Assembly: GCA_947476955.1 (NCBI GenBank)
Contig: CANJSS010000002.1
Span: 615-64,614 of the forward strand
DNA length: 64,000 bases
Reading direction: 5' to 3'
Origin: Flavobacteriales bacterium
GTDB lineage: Bacteria > Bacteroidota > Bacteroidia > Flavobacteriales_D > Crocinitomicaceae
The translations under genes were made by a program, and so were the position numbers. Below, piece by piece: positions 45,515 through 53,938 of the stretch (within the stretch, counting starts at the first letter, position 1; every line of letters starts with the position of its first letter). The notes under the pieces were generated by a model, which did not search any database, was not told the origin of the DNA, and saw only the letters and a program-made list of their open reading frames with translations.

Positions 45515-46328
45515 ATGGCTGATTACAGGCTCCTGCTTTGCCCAATCTAAAAGCTATTGAAGCGCCAAAAAATGCATACCAATCATTTGTAGAGGAAGTG
45601 CCTCTTTTACCATAACGCGAACCGTCTAGGCTTCTATTGGATAATTGCGCTGCTAACGGACCATTTTCCGCTGTCAAGGCTTCTAAATCCAGATATGAAT
45701 CACTTCCAACATCGTCTAAATAATCAGTAAATGTTTTCCGAATACCATATTCCATGTTGAAAGAAGCTCTGCTACCAAGAGCAACTTTGAATCCGAAACC
45801 CAAAGGAACCGTTAATTGAATTAGTCCATATTGTCCCTTCGAGGAAAGGCTACTGCCCTGCCCCTCCGTGCCCAAAGATTGAAGTTCAATTAAATCACCA
45901 TTCAATTCTGTCATTGGTTTCATTTGAAACAATCCAATTTCTGCGAGAATATATGCCGTTCCTTTGTGGCGATTGTGGCCCAATTGGAATGGGAAATAAT
46001 TAAATTCTACACCACCTGCTACTTCAATAATTCTAGATTGAAAACTCAAATTTCGATTGATGTAAACGTCTTTTTTAGCGTCTTGATCTGAGGCTTCAAC
46101 GTTTCCATAAGATATATTTCCCCGGATACTCAAACGCGCGTGCGCATTGTAGCGGTATATTAAACCAGCAGCAGTTTGTGTATTGTAAAAATGTCTGAAT
46201 TGATTCAAATCTCCAATATAATAGGCTCCGCCAACCATAAAACCAAGTTCTGATTTATACCTTACATTCGAACTTTGCGAAAAAAGGAGGATTGGAAAAA
46301 ACAGAAAAATAAAAATTAATTTCAACAT
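45513..46328 (-). CDS. Outer-membrane beta-barrel protein (DUF6089-like).
   Basis: Start set to the ATG at 46328 (MLKLIFIFLFFPILLFSQ signal). Alternating beta-strand pattern. YKSELGFMVGGAYYIGDLN. Confidence 0.55.
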   Translation of the reverse strand: MLKLIFIFLFFPILLFSQSSNVRYKSELGFMVGGAYYIGDLNQFRHFYNTQTAAGLIYRYNAHARLSIRGNISYGNVEASDQDAKKDVYINRNLSFQSRIIEVAGGVEFNYFPFQLGHNRHKGTAYILAEIGLFQMKPMTELNGDLIELQSLGTEGQGSSLSSKGQYGLIQLTVPLGFGFKVALGSRASFNMEYGIRKTFTDYLDDVGSDSYLDLEALTAENGPLAAQLSNRSLDGSRYGKRGTSSTNDWYAFFGASIAFRLGKAGACNQP

Positions 46329-46395
46329 TGCAATTGCATTTACGAATGAAAACGCCAAATTACAAAGAAAATTATGCACTACTTGACTATTTAAT

Positions 46396-47883
46396 TTAAA
46401 AAATTGATTCTACCCGTGGAATCTCTGCTGTCGCAATTTTTGCAGACAATAAACACAATGGAATTCCTCCACCTGGATGCACGCTGCCTCCAACAAAATA
46501 TAAACCCTTTACTTTTGAAAAATTTGGATGTCTAAAAAATGCTGCCATTCGATTATTTGAACTAGCGCCATAAAGTGCGCCAGAATGACTAGAAGTCCTT
46601 TCCTCAATTCGAATTGGATCTAAATAATCCTCTTCTTCAATTAGAGATTCAATATCTGTTTTTAATAGCTTCGATAATTTTTTTATAATATTTGCTCGAA
46701 TCGACACACGTAATCCCTCCCAATCTTGACCTGAGTTGCTTGGAACATTCACCATAACAAACCAATTTTCAGAATTTTCGGGTGCATCATCTTTTATATA
46801 TTTCGAGCTAACGTGTATATAAACAGTTGGATCATCTGATACGGATTGTTTTTGGAAAATAGTTTCAAATTCTAATTTATAGTCTGCGGAAAAGAAAATA
46901 TTATGCAAATCAAGCTGTTGGAATTGTTTTTTAATTCCCCAATAAAAAATCATTGCAGAACTAGAAGATTCTTGTTCCAAGGTTGCCTTTTTCGCTTTTG
47001 TATTCTTCAAGAGAAATTTGTAAGCTGGTTTCACATCGGAATTGCAAATTACAATATCCGCGGGAAAAAATTGGTTATTCACTTTGATTCCAGAAAGAAT
47101 AGAATTATTTTCAACTATTTCTGTGACTTTCGAATTGTAATGAAAAACCACACCTAATTCTTCTGCTAACTGCACCAAACTTGTTGTGATGGAATGCATT
47201 CCTTTCTTTGGGAAAAAGCTACCGATACCGTGTTCTAAGTGAGGAATTATATTTAAAATTCCAGGAGCTTGGTAGGGGTCTGAACCATTATAAGTTGCGT
47301 ACCTATCGAATATCTGAACCAATTTTGGATGATTTAGTGCTTTTTCATTTGCAGCGTGCATACTTTTAAAAATCATTAAAAAGGGCATTGCTGCAATTGT
47401 TTTAAAAAGATCTAAAGAGAAGTAATTTTTAATACGGTGTAAAGAATTTTCCAGAAAAGCTACTCGTGTCTTTTTATATAAATACGCGCTTTTTTTCAGA
47501 TGACGTTTTAACATTTTACTATCTATTGACAATGTTTGGGAAACTTGCTGGAGCAATTCCTTTTCATCGGCAGGGAAAGGTAAAAAAGTTCCATCTTCAA
47601 AAAAATAATGGCAAGTTGTTTTACATTTATGGAATTCAAAATAGGAAGTTGGTATTTTTCCGCTCAATACAAACAAATCGGTAACTAAATCTGGAAGTGT
47701 AAAAAGTGATGGTCCTGCATCGAATCTATATCCCCCTAATTCAATAGAAGTCAATTTCCCGCCAGGATAACTATTCGATTCATAAACATCCACGGAATAA
47801 CCCTTATTCGCCAATCGAATCGCCGCAGCTATTCCTGCAATGCCAGATCCAACAACAACAGATTTTTTTTTCTTTTCAACCAT
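46396..47883 (-). CDS. CrtI-family carotenoid desaturase paralog (CrtD-like, FAD-dependent).
   Basis: VVGSGIAGIAAAIRLANKGYSVDVYE dinucleotide fold. C-terminal GLYFVGGSVHPGGGIPLCLLSA is typical of the CrtI/CrtD family. Confidence 0.75.
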   Translation of the reverse strand: MVEKKKKSVVVGSGIAGIAAAIRLANKGYSVDVYESNSYPGGKLTSIELGGYRFDAGPSLFTLPDLVTDLFVLSGKIPTSYFEFHKCKTTCHYFFEDGTFLPFPADEKELLQQVSQTLSIDSKMLKRHLKKSAYLYKKTRVAFLENSLHRIKNYFSLDLFKTIAAMPFLMIFKSMHAANEKALNHPKLVQIFDRYATYNGSDPYQAPGILNIIPHLEHGIGSFFPKKGMHSITTSLVQLAEELGVVFHYNSKVTEIVENNSILSGIKVNNQFFPADIVICNSDVKPAYKFLLKNTKAKKATLEQESSSSAMIFYWGIKKQFQQLDLHNIFFSADYKLEFETIFQKQSVSDDPTVYIHVSSKYIKDDAPENSENWFVMVNVPSNSGQDWEGLRVSIRANIIKKLSKLLKTDIESLIEEEDYLDPIRIEERTSSHSGALYGASSNNRMAAFFRHPNFSKVKGLYFVGGSVHPGGGIPLCLLSAKIATAEIPRVESIF

Positions 47884-48177
47884 ATTTCAAATTGCTTATA
47901 AAGGTAAAAAATGAAATGGTAAATTGTTTTATATAAACAAAAATGGTTTAAGAAAATCCACCAAAAAGATACAGAATAGTGTTGAAAAATTCGATTTTTA
48001 GTTTGTTCGGTAGAATGAGAAATGAAAATTATAACTCAAAAAAACGAATTTCATTGCATACCAATTATAGGATAAATGGGTCCATTTTGTGCTTCTTAAA
48101 TACGGATGAAAATTGGCGTCTCTTGATGCAGAAATTGAAAGTTAATTCTTGGCTTTCAACTAAAATAGGGAATGATT

Positions 48178-48549
48178 TTATTTAAGATTCGTTAAATACC
48201 TCTCTAGGTTTGGATTGTCAACTAACATATCCCCTCCAATAAATAAAACTCTTTTGCAACTATTTCTTTCAATCCAAAGGTCCAAATTTGAAATACCGAC
48301 CATTAATGTTCCATTTATATCAATACGATGAACCGGTTTTTGGTGGTTATCAAAAACAGCACGAATATCCAAAATATCTCGGTCCACCTCTTGGTTTTCA
48401 TTAAATATAACTAGTCCATCAATCCCTTCATCTGAATCATCATTTTTTTCAGAAAATTCAGCCAACGAATAATTTTTTTCAGTTGCCCAATGTGTTAGAA
48501 ATTCAGAAAATCGCGAACTTGCCTTTAAATAAATCTTGTCTAATTTCAT
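48178..48549 (-). CDS. Hypothetical protein (123 aa, acidic centre).
   Basis: The ORF fills the gap downstream of speA. No motif recognised. Confidence 0.45.
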   Translation of the reverse strand: MKLDKIYLKASSRFSEFLTHWATEKNYSLAEFSEKNDDSDEGIDGLVIFNENQEVDRDILDIRAVFDNHQKPVHRIDINGTLMVGISNLDLWIERNSCKRVLFIGGDMLVDNPNLERYLTNLK

Positions 48550-48588
48550 CTCTTATGAGGTAGGTAATTCATTTTAATTTTTGGATTA

Positions 48589-48596
48589 CAAAGATA
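48589..48596 (-). promoter_or_regulatory. Candidate -7 box (TATCTTTG on the minus strand) for the 123-aa gene.
   Basis: The plus strand reads CAAAGATA, 40 nt upstream of the ATG at 48549. Confidence 0.3.
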
Positions 48597-48631
48597 GTAA
48601 TAAGCTCGAGTTATTACTAAAATTGTCTACT

Positions 48632-50029
48632 TTATTTTTGGTAGCCTAAGATTCTGAGGTAATCCGCAGCTGTTTGTTCTTCACTAAAAAGTTCCGTTTG
48701 TAATTTTCCATTTTCATCCCGTTGAATCAAAATATGTTTAGGCTCAGGAATTAAGCAATGTTTCAACCCTCCAAATCCTCCAATCGTTTCTTGGTATGCA
48801 CCTGTATTAAAGAAGCCGATATATAAAACTTTATTTCGGTCATATTTTGGAAGATAAATAGCGTTAGAATGCTGCTCGGAATTGTAATAATCATCACTAT
48901 CGCACGTTAAACCGCCAAGTAAAACCCTTTCATAATCATCATTCCATCGGTTTATGGGCAATAAAATAAATCGCTGGTTAATGGCCCAAGTATCGGGCAA
49001 ATTCGTCATAAATGAAGAATCAATCATATTCCATTTTTCCCTGTCATTTTGTTGTTTTTGGTGCAATACGCTAAAAATTGCACCACCACTTTCTCCAACG
49101 GTGAACGATCCAAATTCTGTGAAAATATTTGGTTCTGGAATATCATTATCTGCGCAAACACGTTGTACCTGAGTTAAAATCTCGCGCACCATGTAAGCAT
49201 AATCGAAATCAAAAGCCAGGGATTTTTTAATTGGAAAACCACCACCAATATTTAAGGAATCCAATGAAGGACAAATCTTTTTTAGATCGCTGTAAATTCT
49301 TAAACATTTCGTCAATTCGTTCCAATAATAAGCTGTATCATTGATTCCTGTATTGATGAAAAAATGCAGCATCTTGACTTCTACTCGCGGATTATCTTTC
49401 AACATAGCTTTGTAAAACGGCACAATTTCACGGTAACGAATCCCAAGTCGGGAGGTGTAAAATTCAAATTTAGGTTCTTCCTCCGAAGCAATTCGAATAC
49501 CAATTTTGAGATCTTTATCTGTTTTTGCTAATAAATCTTGCAGTTCTTGCGTATTATCAACAATTGGAATAACATTCAACATGCCGTCATTTATCAAACC
49601 GGCAATATTATCAATGTATTGCTGGGGTTTGAAGCCATTACAGATAACATATTTTCCGGCACTCAATTTTCCTGTTTCGTATAGATTTCGTACAATATCA
49701 ATATCGAAAGCAGAGGAGGTTTCAATATGCACATCGTTCTTCATTACCTCATCCAAAACAAAAGAAAAGTGGTTGCTTTTCGTGCAATAGGAATAATAAT
49801 AATTCCCAGAGTATCCGAGATTGCTGATGGCTTCTCTAAACCAACCTTTTGCGCGTTGTATATTATTAGATATTTGCGGCAGATAATTAAATTTAAGCGG
49901 CGTACCATATTCTTGCGTCAAGCGCATTAAATCAATTCCATGAAAGAAAAGATGGTCTTCGCGCAAATGAAATTCATTTTGAGGAAAATCAAATGTTTGG
50001 TCAATTAAATCAAAATACTTCGTTCTCAT
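48632..50029 (-). CDS. speA: Arginine decarboxylase (PLP fold-type III, short Bacteroidota SpeA type).
   Basis: 465 aa. YSYCTKSNHF (PLP Lys region), NIGGGFPI and GGLTCDSDDYY motifs. Confidence 0.8.
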   Translation of the reverse strand: MRTKYFDLIDQTFDFPQNEFHLREDHLFFHGIDLMRLTQEYGTPLKFNYLPQISNNIQRAKGWFREAISNLGYSGNYYYSYCTKSNHFSFVLDEVMKNDVHIETSSAFDIDIVRNLYETGKLSAGKYVICNGFKPQQYIDNIAGLINDGMLNVIPIVDNTQELQDLLAKTDKDLKIGIRIASEEEPKFEFYTSRLGIRYREIVPFYKAMLKDNPRVEVKMLHFFINTGINDTAYYWNELTKCLRIYSDLKKICPSLDSLNIGGGFPIKKSLAFDFDYAYMVREILTQVQRVCADNDIPEPNIFTEFGSFTVGESGGAIFSVLHQKQQNDREKWNMIDSSFMTNLPDTWAINQRFILLPINRWNDDYERVLLGGLTCDSDDYYNSEQHSNAIYLPKYDRNKVLYIGFFNTGAYQETIGGFGGLKHCLIPEPKHILIQRDENGKLQTELFSEEQTAADYLRILGYQK

Positions 50030-50093
50030 TTCAAAAAGGCGGGATGCAAAGTTCCCTTAAAGTTTATTAAATCATCCATTTAGCAAAAATAAA

Positions 50094-50432
50094 TCAAAAG
50101 AGCTCGTTTATTCTTTCGGTTGGTCTTGCGACTATTGCTTTTGCATCAGTTAATACGATAGGTCGCTCAATAAGTTTCGGAAATTTTACCATTGCGTCTA
50201 ACCATTCGTTGTTAGTAAGTGATTTATGCATAAAATTCTCTTTAAATTCCGGTTCTCCTTTTCGAATTAAATCTACCGGATCTATTCCTAATTTCGCTAC
50301 AATGTTTTTTAATTCTTCTTTATTCAATGGCGTTTTCAAGTATTCTACAACCGTAAACTCTACTCCCTTTTCTCTCAGGAAATCTAGTGCATTTCGGCTT
50401 TTGGAACATTTGGAATTATGGTAAACAATCAT
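50094..50432 (-). CDS. arsC: ArsC-family (glutaredoxin-type arsenate reductase / Spx-like) protein.
   Basis: IVYHNSKCSKSRNAL with the N-terminal catalytic Cys, and LIERPIV. 112 aa. Confidence 0.8.
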   Translation of the reverse strand: MIVYHNSKCSKSRNALDFLREKGVEFTVVEYLKTPLNKEELKNIVAKLGIDPVDLIRKGEPEFKENFMHKSLTNNEWLDAMVKFPKLIERPIVLTDAKAIVARPTERINELF

Positions 50433-50468
50433 TTTACACTATTTTCTAAAATTTTAATTAGCTTTATA

Positions 50469-51554
50469 TTAATTTCCATACATCATTAGAAAGGCCTTTA
50501 AAAAGCCATTAATATCTCCATCCATTACAGCATCAACATTACCAGTTTCATGACCAGTGCGGACATCCTTAACCAATTTATAAGGCTGCATCACATAATT
50601 TCTTATTTGAGAGCCCCATTCTATTTTCTTCTTTCCAGCTTCAATTTCATTTCTTTTTGCCATTCTTTCACGCAGCACCAATTCATAAAGTTGCGAGCGT
50701 AACAATTGCATTGCTTTTTCCTTGTTACCAAGTTGGGAGCGTGATTCGGAGTTTTCAATAATAATTCCAGTTGGTGCGTGCCGCAAACGAACTGCAGTTT
50801 CTACTTTATTCACATTTTGCCCTCCAGCTCCACCGGAACGGAAAGTATCCCATGTGATATCGGCTGGATTTATATTAATTTCTATTGTATCGTCGACGAG
50901 CGGATAGACATAAACGGAAACAAATGAAGTATGTCTTTTGGCATTAGAATCGAATGGGGAAATGCGCACCAATCGGTGAACACCATTTTCACCTTTTAGA
51001 TATCCAAAAGCAAATTCACCATCAAACTCAAGAGTTACGGTTTTAATTCCAGCAACATCCCCTTCTTGGTAATTCAATTCTTTGATTTTAAAACCATTCT
51101 TTTGTCCCCACATCATGTACATCCGCATCAACATTGAAGCCCAATCGCAGCTCTCTGTTCCACCTGCACCAGAAGTAATTTGTAAAACTGCACTCAGAGA
51201 ATCCTCTTCTCCGGAAAGCATATTTTTCAATTCAATTTCCTCTACTTTATCCGCTAAAATTTTAAATTGCTCATCCACTTCTTTGGGTTCAGCCATTCCT
51301 TCTTTAACAAATTCTATTAAAACATCTAAATCATCAAAGGAAGCTTTCAGTTGGTCGTACGATTCAATCCAGAATTTTAAAACTCGAATGGATCTCATTT
51401 GCGCTTCTGCTTCTTTTGGATCATCCCAGAATAGAGGATCTTGTGTTTTCAGTTCCTCTTCTTGCAGCTGCAGCCTCTTTTCCTCAATTTTTAGGTAGGA
51501 ACCAATTGCATTAATTCTGCTAAGTATCTCTTTTATTTGATCTTGATTTACCAT
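50469..51554 (-). CDS. prfB: Peptide chain release factor 2, encoded without a programmed frameshift.
   Basis: Start set to the ATG at 51554 (MVNQDQIKE). SPF tripeptide in RISPFDS. GGQ in [17 protein letters not shown]. One continuous ORF. Confidence 0.93.
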   Translation of the reverse strand: MVNQDQIKEILSRINAIGSYLKIEEKRLQLQEEELKTQDPLFWDDPKEAEAQMRSIRVLKFWIESYDQLKASFDDLDVLIEFVKEGMAEPKEVDEQFKILADKVEEIELKNMLSGEEDSLSAVLQITSGAGGTESCDWASMLMRMYMMWGQKNGFKIKELNYQEGDVAGIKTVTLEFDGEFAFGYLKGENGVHRLVRISPFDSNAKRHTSFVSVYVYPLVDDTIEININPADITWDTFRSGGAGGQNVNKVETAVRLRHAPTGIIIENSESRSQLGNKEKAMQLLRSQLYELVLRERMAKRNEIEAGKKKIEWGSQIRNYVMQPYKLVKDVRTGHETGNVDAVMDGDINGFLKAFLMMYGN

Positions 51555-51740
51555 ACTACCGCAAAAATAGTAAAAATGGTTCATTTTGGGCTATCAAAAC
51601 GCCGGAAACATTGCGCGATAGAAATCGATTTGAAGCTTTTAGCAGAGGCAATGAACAACGCGTTATAGGTAGGCTGAAAATAAAAGATAAAATGTGGACA
51701 ATAAATTTAAAAAATCGCTTGAATGGGAAAGGAAAAATCC

Positions 51741-51748
51741 TACATTTG
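51741..51748 (+). promoter_or_regulatory. Candidate -7 box TACATTTG for gcvH.
   Basis: Exact TAnnTTTG, 18 nt upstream of the ATG at 51767. Confidence 0.45.
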
Positions 51749-51766
51749 CGACAAAAAGAGACAAGT

Positions 51767-52144
51767 ATGAATGTTCCACAAAATTTAAAATACACCAAAG
51801 ACCATGAATGGGTTAGTGTAGAAGGAGATATTGCAACAATTGGAATTACTGATTTTGCGCAAGGAGAACTTGGTGATATCGTATATGTTGAGATTGAAAC
51901 CGAAGGAGAGACTTTAGGAAAAGAAGAAGTTTTTGGTTCTGTTGAAGCGGTTAAAACTGTTTCTGATCTTTTTATGCCAATTAGTGGAGAAATTATTGAA
52001 TTCAATTCAAAATTAGAAGCGGATCCTGAATTAGTAAATTCTGATCCATATAATGAAGGATGGATGGTTAAAGTAAAATTATCGGATTCTAGTGAGTTGG
52101 ATGCACTTCTTGATGCTGCTGGTTATGCTGCATTGATTGGTTAA
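51767..52144 (+). CDS. gcvH: Glycine cleavage system protein H.
   Basis: Start set to the ATG at 51767 ([16 protein letters not shown]). Lipoyl-Lys motif VEAVKTVSD. Confidence 0.93.
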   Translation: MNVPQNLKYTKDHEWVSVEGDIATIGITDFAQGELGDIVYVEIETEGETLGKEEVFGSVEAVKTVSDLFMPISGEIIEFNSKLEADPELVNSDPYNEGWMVKVKLSDSSELDALLDAAGYAALIG

Positions 52145-52309
52145 TTGCATAATTTTTTTTGAGGTTTGAATACAACAATTTCCATTTAATCAACCGGTAA
52201 TTGTATATTTAAGGAGTGCTTTTTATTTATTGAACAGCATTTGTTGTTAATTTTGGAACAGAATTTGTATTCAAAAAAAAAGTATATTTACGGACTAATT
52301 CAATGTATT

Positions 52310-52978
52310 ATGGATTTAAAGAAAAGTGAAGAGGCAAATATTGATCGTTTGAGAACGCCAATTGTTTTTATTGGTTTGCTTTTTGTTGGAAGTATGGTTC
52401 TTGCATCATTTTCTTATACCTCTGCAATTGCAGATGATTCAAAGAAAAAAACAGAGGTTGTTGCAACAGCTGTGAAATTCGAGCAAGTAGAAAAACCGGA
52501 AGACACTCCTCCGCCAGTTGCAACTCCTCAAGTGGATGCTGTAATGCCTCCAGACGAAGAGATTAAAGTGAAAGATAACACGGAAGTTGAACCTACACCG
52601 ATTGTTGCCGTAATTCCTGAGATTCCAATTGGAGAAGAAACTGTAATCATAGCTGTTCAAGAGGAAGTAATTGACTTTCCTGATGTTGAAGCAACATTCC
52701 CTGGAGGAGCTGCAGCACTTCAACAATGGATTGGTGAAAATATTCAATATCCGCAAACAGCAATTGATATGAACGACCAGGGACGTGTTTATTTATCCTT
52801 CGTTGTTGAACCAGATGGTTCTGTATCGAATATTGTTGTGGAGAGAGGCGTTAGTACAGAGCTAGATAGAGAAGCAAAAAGAGTTGTACGTTCGATGCCA
52901 AATTGGACACCTGGAGAAGCGAAAGGTAAAAAAGCTAGAACGCGTTGTCGTTTACCAATCAATTTTACAATTAATTAA
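52310..52978 (+). CDS. tonB: Energy transducer TonB.
   Basis: Start set to the ATG at 52310. N-terminal TM, Pro/Glu-rich linker (PEDTPPPVATPQ). C-terminal TonB domain FPGGAAALQQWIGENIQYP...GRVYLSFVVEPDGSVSNI. Confidence 0.85.
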   Translation: MDLKKSEEANIDRLRTPIVFIGLLFVGSMVLASFSYTSAIADDSKKKTEVVATAVKFEQVEKPEDTPPPVATPQVDAVMPPDEEIKVKDNTEVEPTPIVAVIPEIPIGEETVIIAVQEEVIDFPDVEATFPGGAAALQQWIGENIQYPQTAIDMNDQGRVYLSFVVEPDGSVSNIVVERGVSTELDREAKRVVRSMPNWTPGEAKGKKARTRCRLPINFTIN

Positions 52979-52996
52979 AGAAATTATAATTTAAAC

Positions 52997-53036
52997 AAAA
53001 AAATCCCTTCATTTTTAAATGGAGGGATTTTTTTTT
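52997..53036. terminator. Strong bidirectional intrinsic terminator.
   Basis: Near-perfect hairpin 53001-53030 (aaatcccttcattt / aaatggagggattt) flanked by A7 upstream and T9 downstream, between convergent genes. Confidence 0.7.
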
Positions 53037-53055
53037 GGGTTTATTTCAGTGTGAT

Positions 53056-53937
53056 TTAATACGAGGAGGATGCGCCACCAATATTTTCTATTGGATGCCA
53101 CGTTGTTTTAACTTCTTGCGTATCTGAAATTAAATACAAATCTTGCGCATTACTTTCCATCCAATCCTTTACTTGAGAGATTACGCGTTTCACATTCAAA
53201 ACAGAACTTTCTTGTATACTTTTTAGTGCTTCTTGATCTTTTCCACCATAAACCATTGCGTTGACATCCATGTGCGTTGCGAGAACGTTGTTCAATTCCA
53301 AATTTGTTCCGGTTAAAATATTCACTACGCCAGCTGGAAGATCTGAAGAATTCAGCACTTCCGCAAAAGTTATAGCGCAAAGTGGTGAATTTTCCGAAGC
53401 AACAACAACACATGTGTTTCCGCCGCAAATAACTGGCATAACCAGAGAAACTAAACCAATCAAAGCGCATTCTTGCGGAGTTACAATCCCAACAACTCCA
53501 GTTGGTTCAACTACGGAGAAATTGAAATGTGAAGATGCAACTGGGTTCACAGAACTTAATATTTGTTGGTATTTATCGCACCAACCTGCATAATATACAA
53601 TTCTATCAATGGCCCGCAACACTTCTTTTTCAGCGGCTACTTTTGTAGAACCCTGCATTTGTAACTCGGAAATAAATTGTTCGCGTCGGCCTTCCAACAT
53701 TTCAGCAATTCGGTATAGTATTTGACCCCTATTGAAAGCCGATCTTTCTGACCATCCTCCAAAAGCTTTTCTTGCGGCAACAACAGCATTTCTGACATCC
53801 TTTCTAGAACTTAGACAAATGTTACCTATTGGTTTTCCCTTTTTGTCCAACGGCGAATAATACCTTCCTGATTCCGTTCGAGGAAATTGTCCTCCAATAT
53901 ATATTTTATATGTTTTTAAAACTTCCAACCTGCTCAT
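53056..53937 (-). CDS. Aldehyde-dehydrogenase-like protein lacking the catalytic domain (293 aa).
   Basis: ALDH N-terminal NAD-binding region is present (YIGGQF, AARKAFGGWS, EPTGVVGIVTP, LPAGVVNILTG, VLNVKRV). The sequence then runs straight into the ALDH C-terminal tail (QEVKTTW). There is no ELGGK block and no catalytic Cys block. Confidence 0.8.
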   Translation of the reverse strand: MSRLEVLKTYKIYIGGQFPRTESGRYYSPLDKKGKPIGNICLSSRKDVRNAVVAARKAFGGWSERSAFNRGQILYRIAEMLEGRREQFISELQMQGSTKVAAEKEVLRAIDRIVYYAGWCDKYQQILSSVNPVASSHFNFSVVEPTGVVGIVTPQECALIGLVSLVMPVICGGNTCVVVASENSPLCAITFAEVLNSSDLPAGVVNILTGTNLELNNVLATHMDVNAMVYGGKDQEALKSIQESSVLNVKRVISQVKDWMESNAQDLYLISDTQEVKTTWHPIENIGGASSSY

Positions 53938-53938
53938 A

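Noticed and set aside
47979-48185. 68-aa plus-strand ORF (GTG start) in the crtD-like / hypothetical spacer.
   Set aside because: It has a non-ATG start and no promoter box, its composition is indistinguishable from random AT-rich sequence, and it overlaps the 3' end of the convergent 123-aa gene.
51481-51510. Programmed +1 frameshift site expected in prfB (CUU UGA C in E. coli).
   Set aside because: The reverse-complement reads GCA ATT GGT TCC TAC CTA AAA ATT GAG GAA ([10 protein letters not shown]). RF2 is therefore one uninterrupted ORF from the ATG at 51554, with no in-frame UGA and no frame change. This prfB is of the non-frameshifting type.
51585-51766. Possible glycine riboswitch upstream of gcvH.
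   Set aside because: I could not find the conserved glycine-riboswitch core elements (GGAGAG ... CACCG ... CTCAGGC-type segments). A TAnnTTTG box at 51741-51748 leaves only a short leader of about 15 nt.
51556-52005. 149-aa minus-strand ORF, plus the many other 60-140-aa ORFs antisense to or overlapping uvrA, wzc, fabF, the ALDH genes, speA, prfB and others.
   Set aside because: They lie entirely inside well-supported genes on the opposite strand or in another frame. They have low-complexity or Ser/Pro/Ile-rich composition typical of antisense reading in AT-rich DNA, and they have no motifs.
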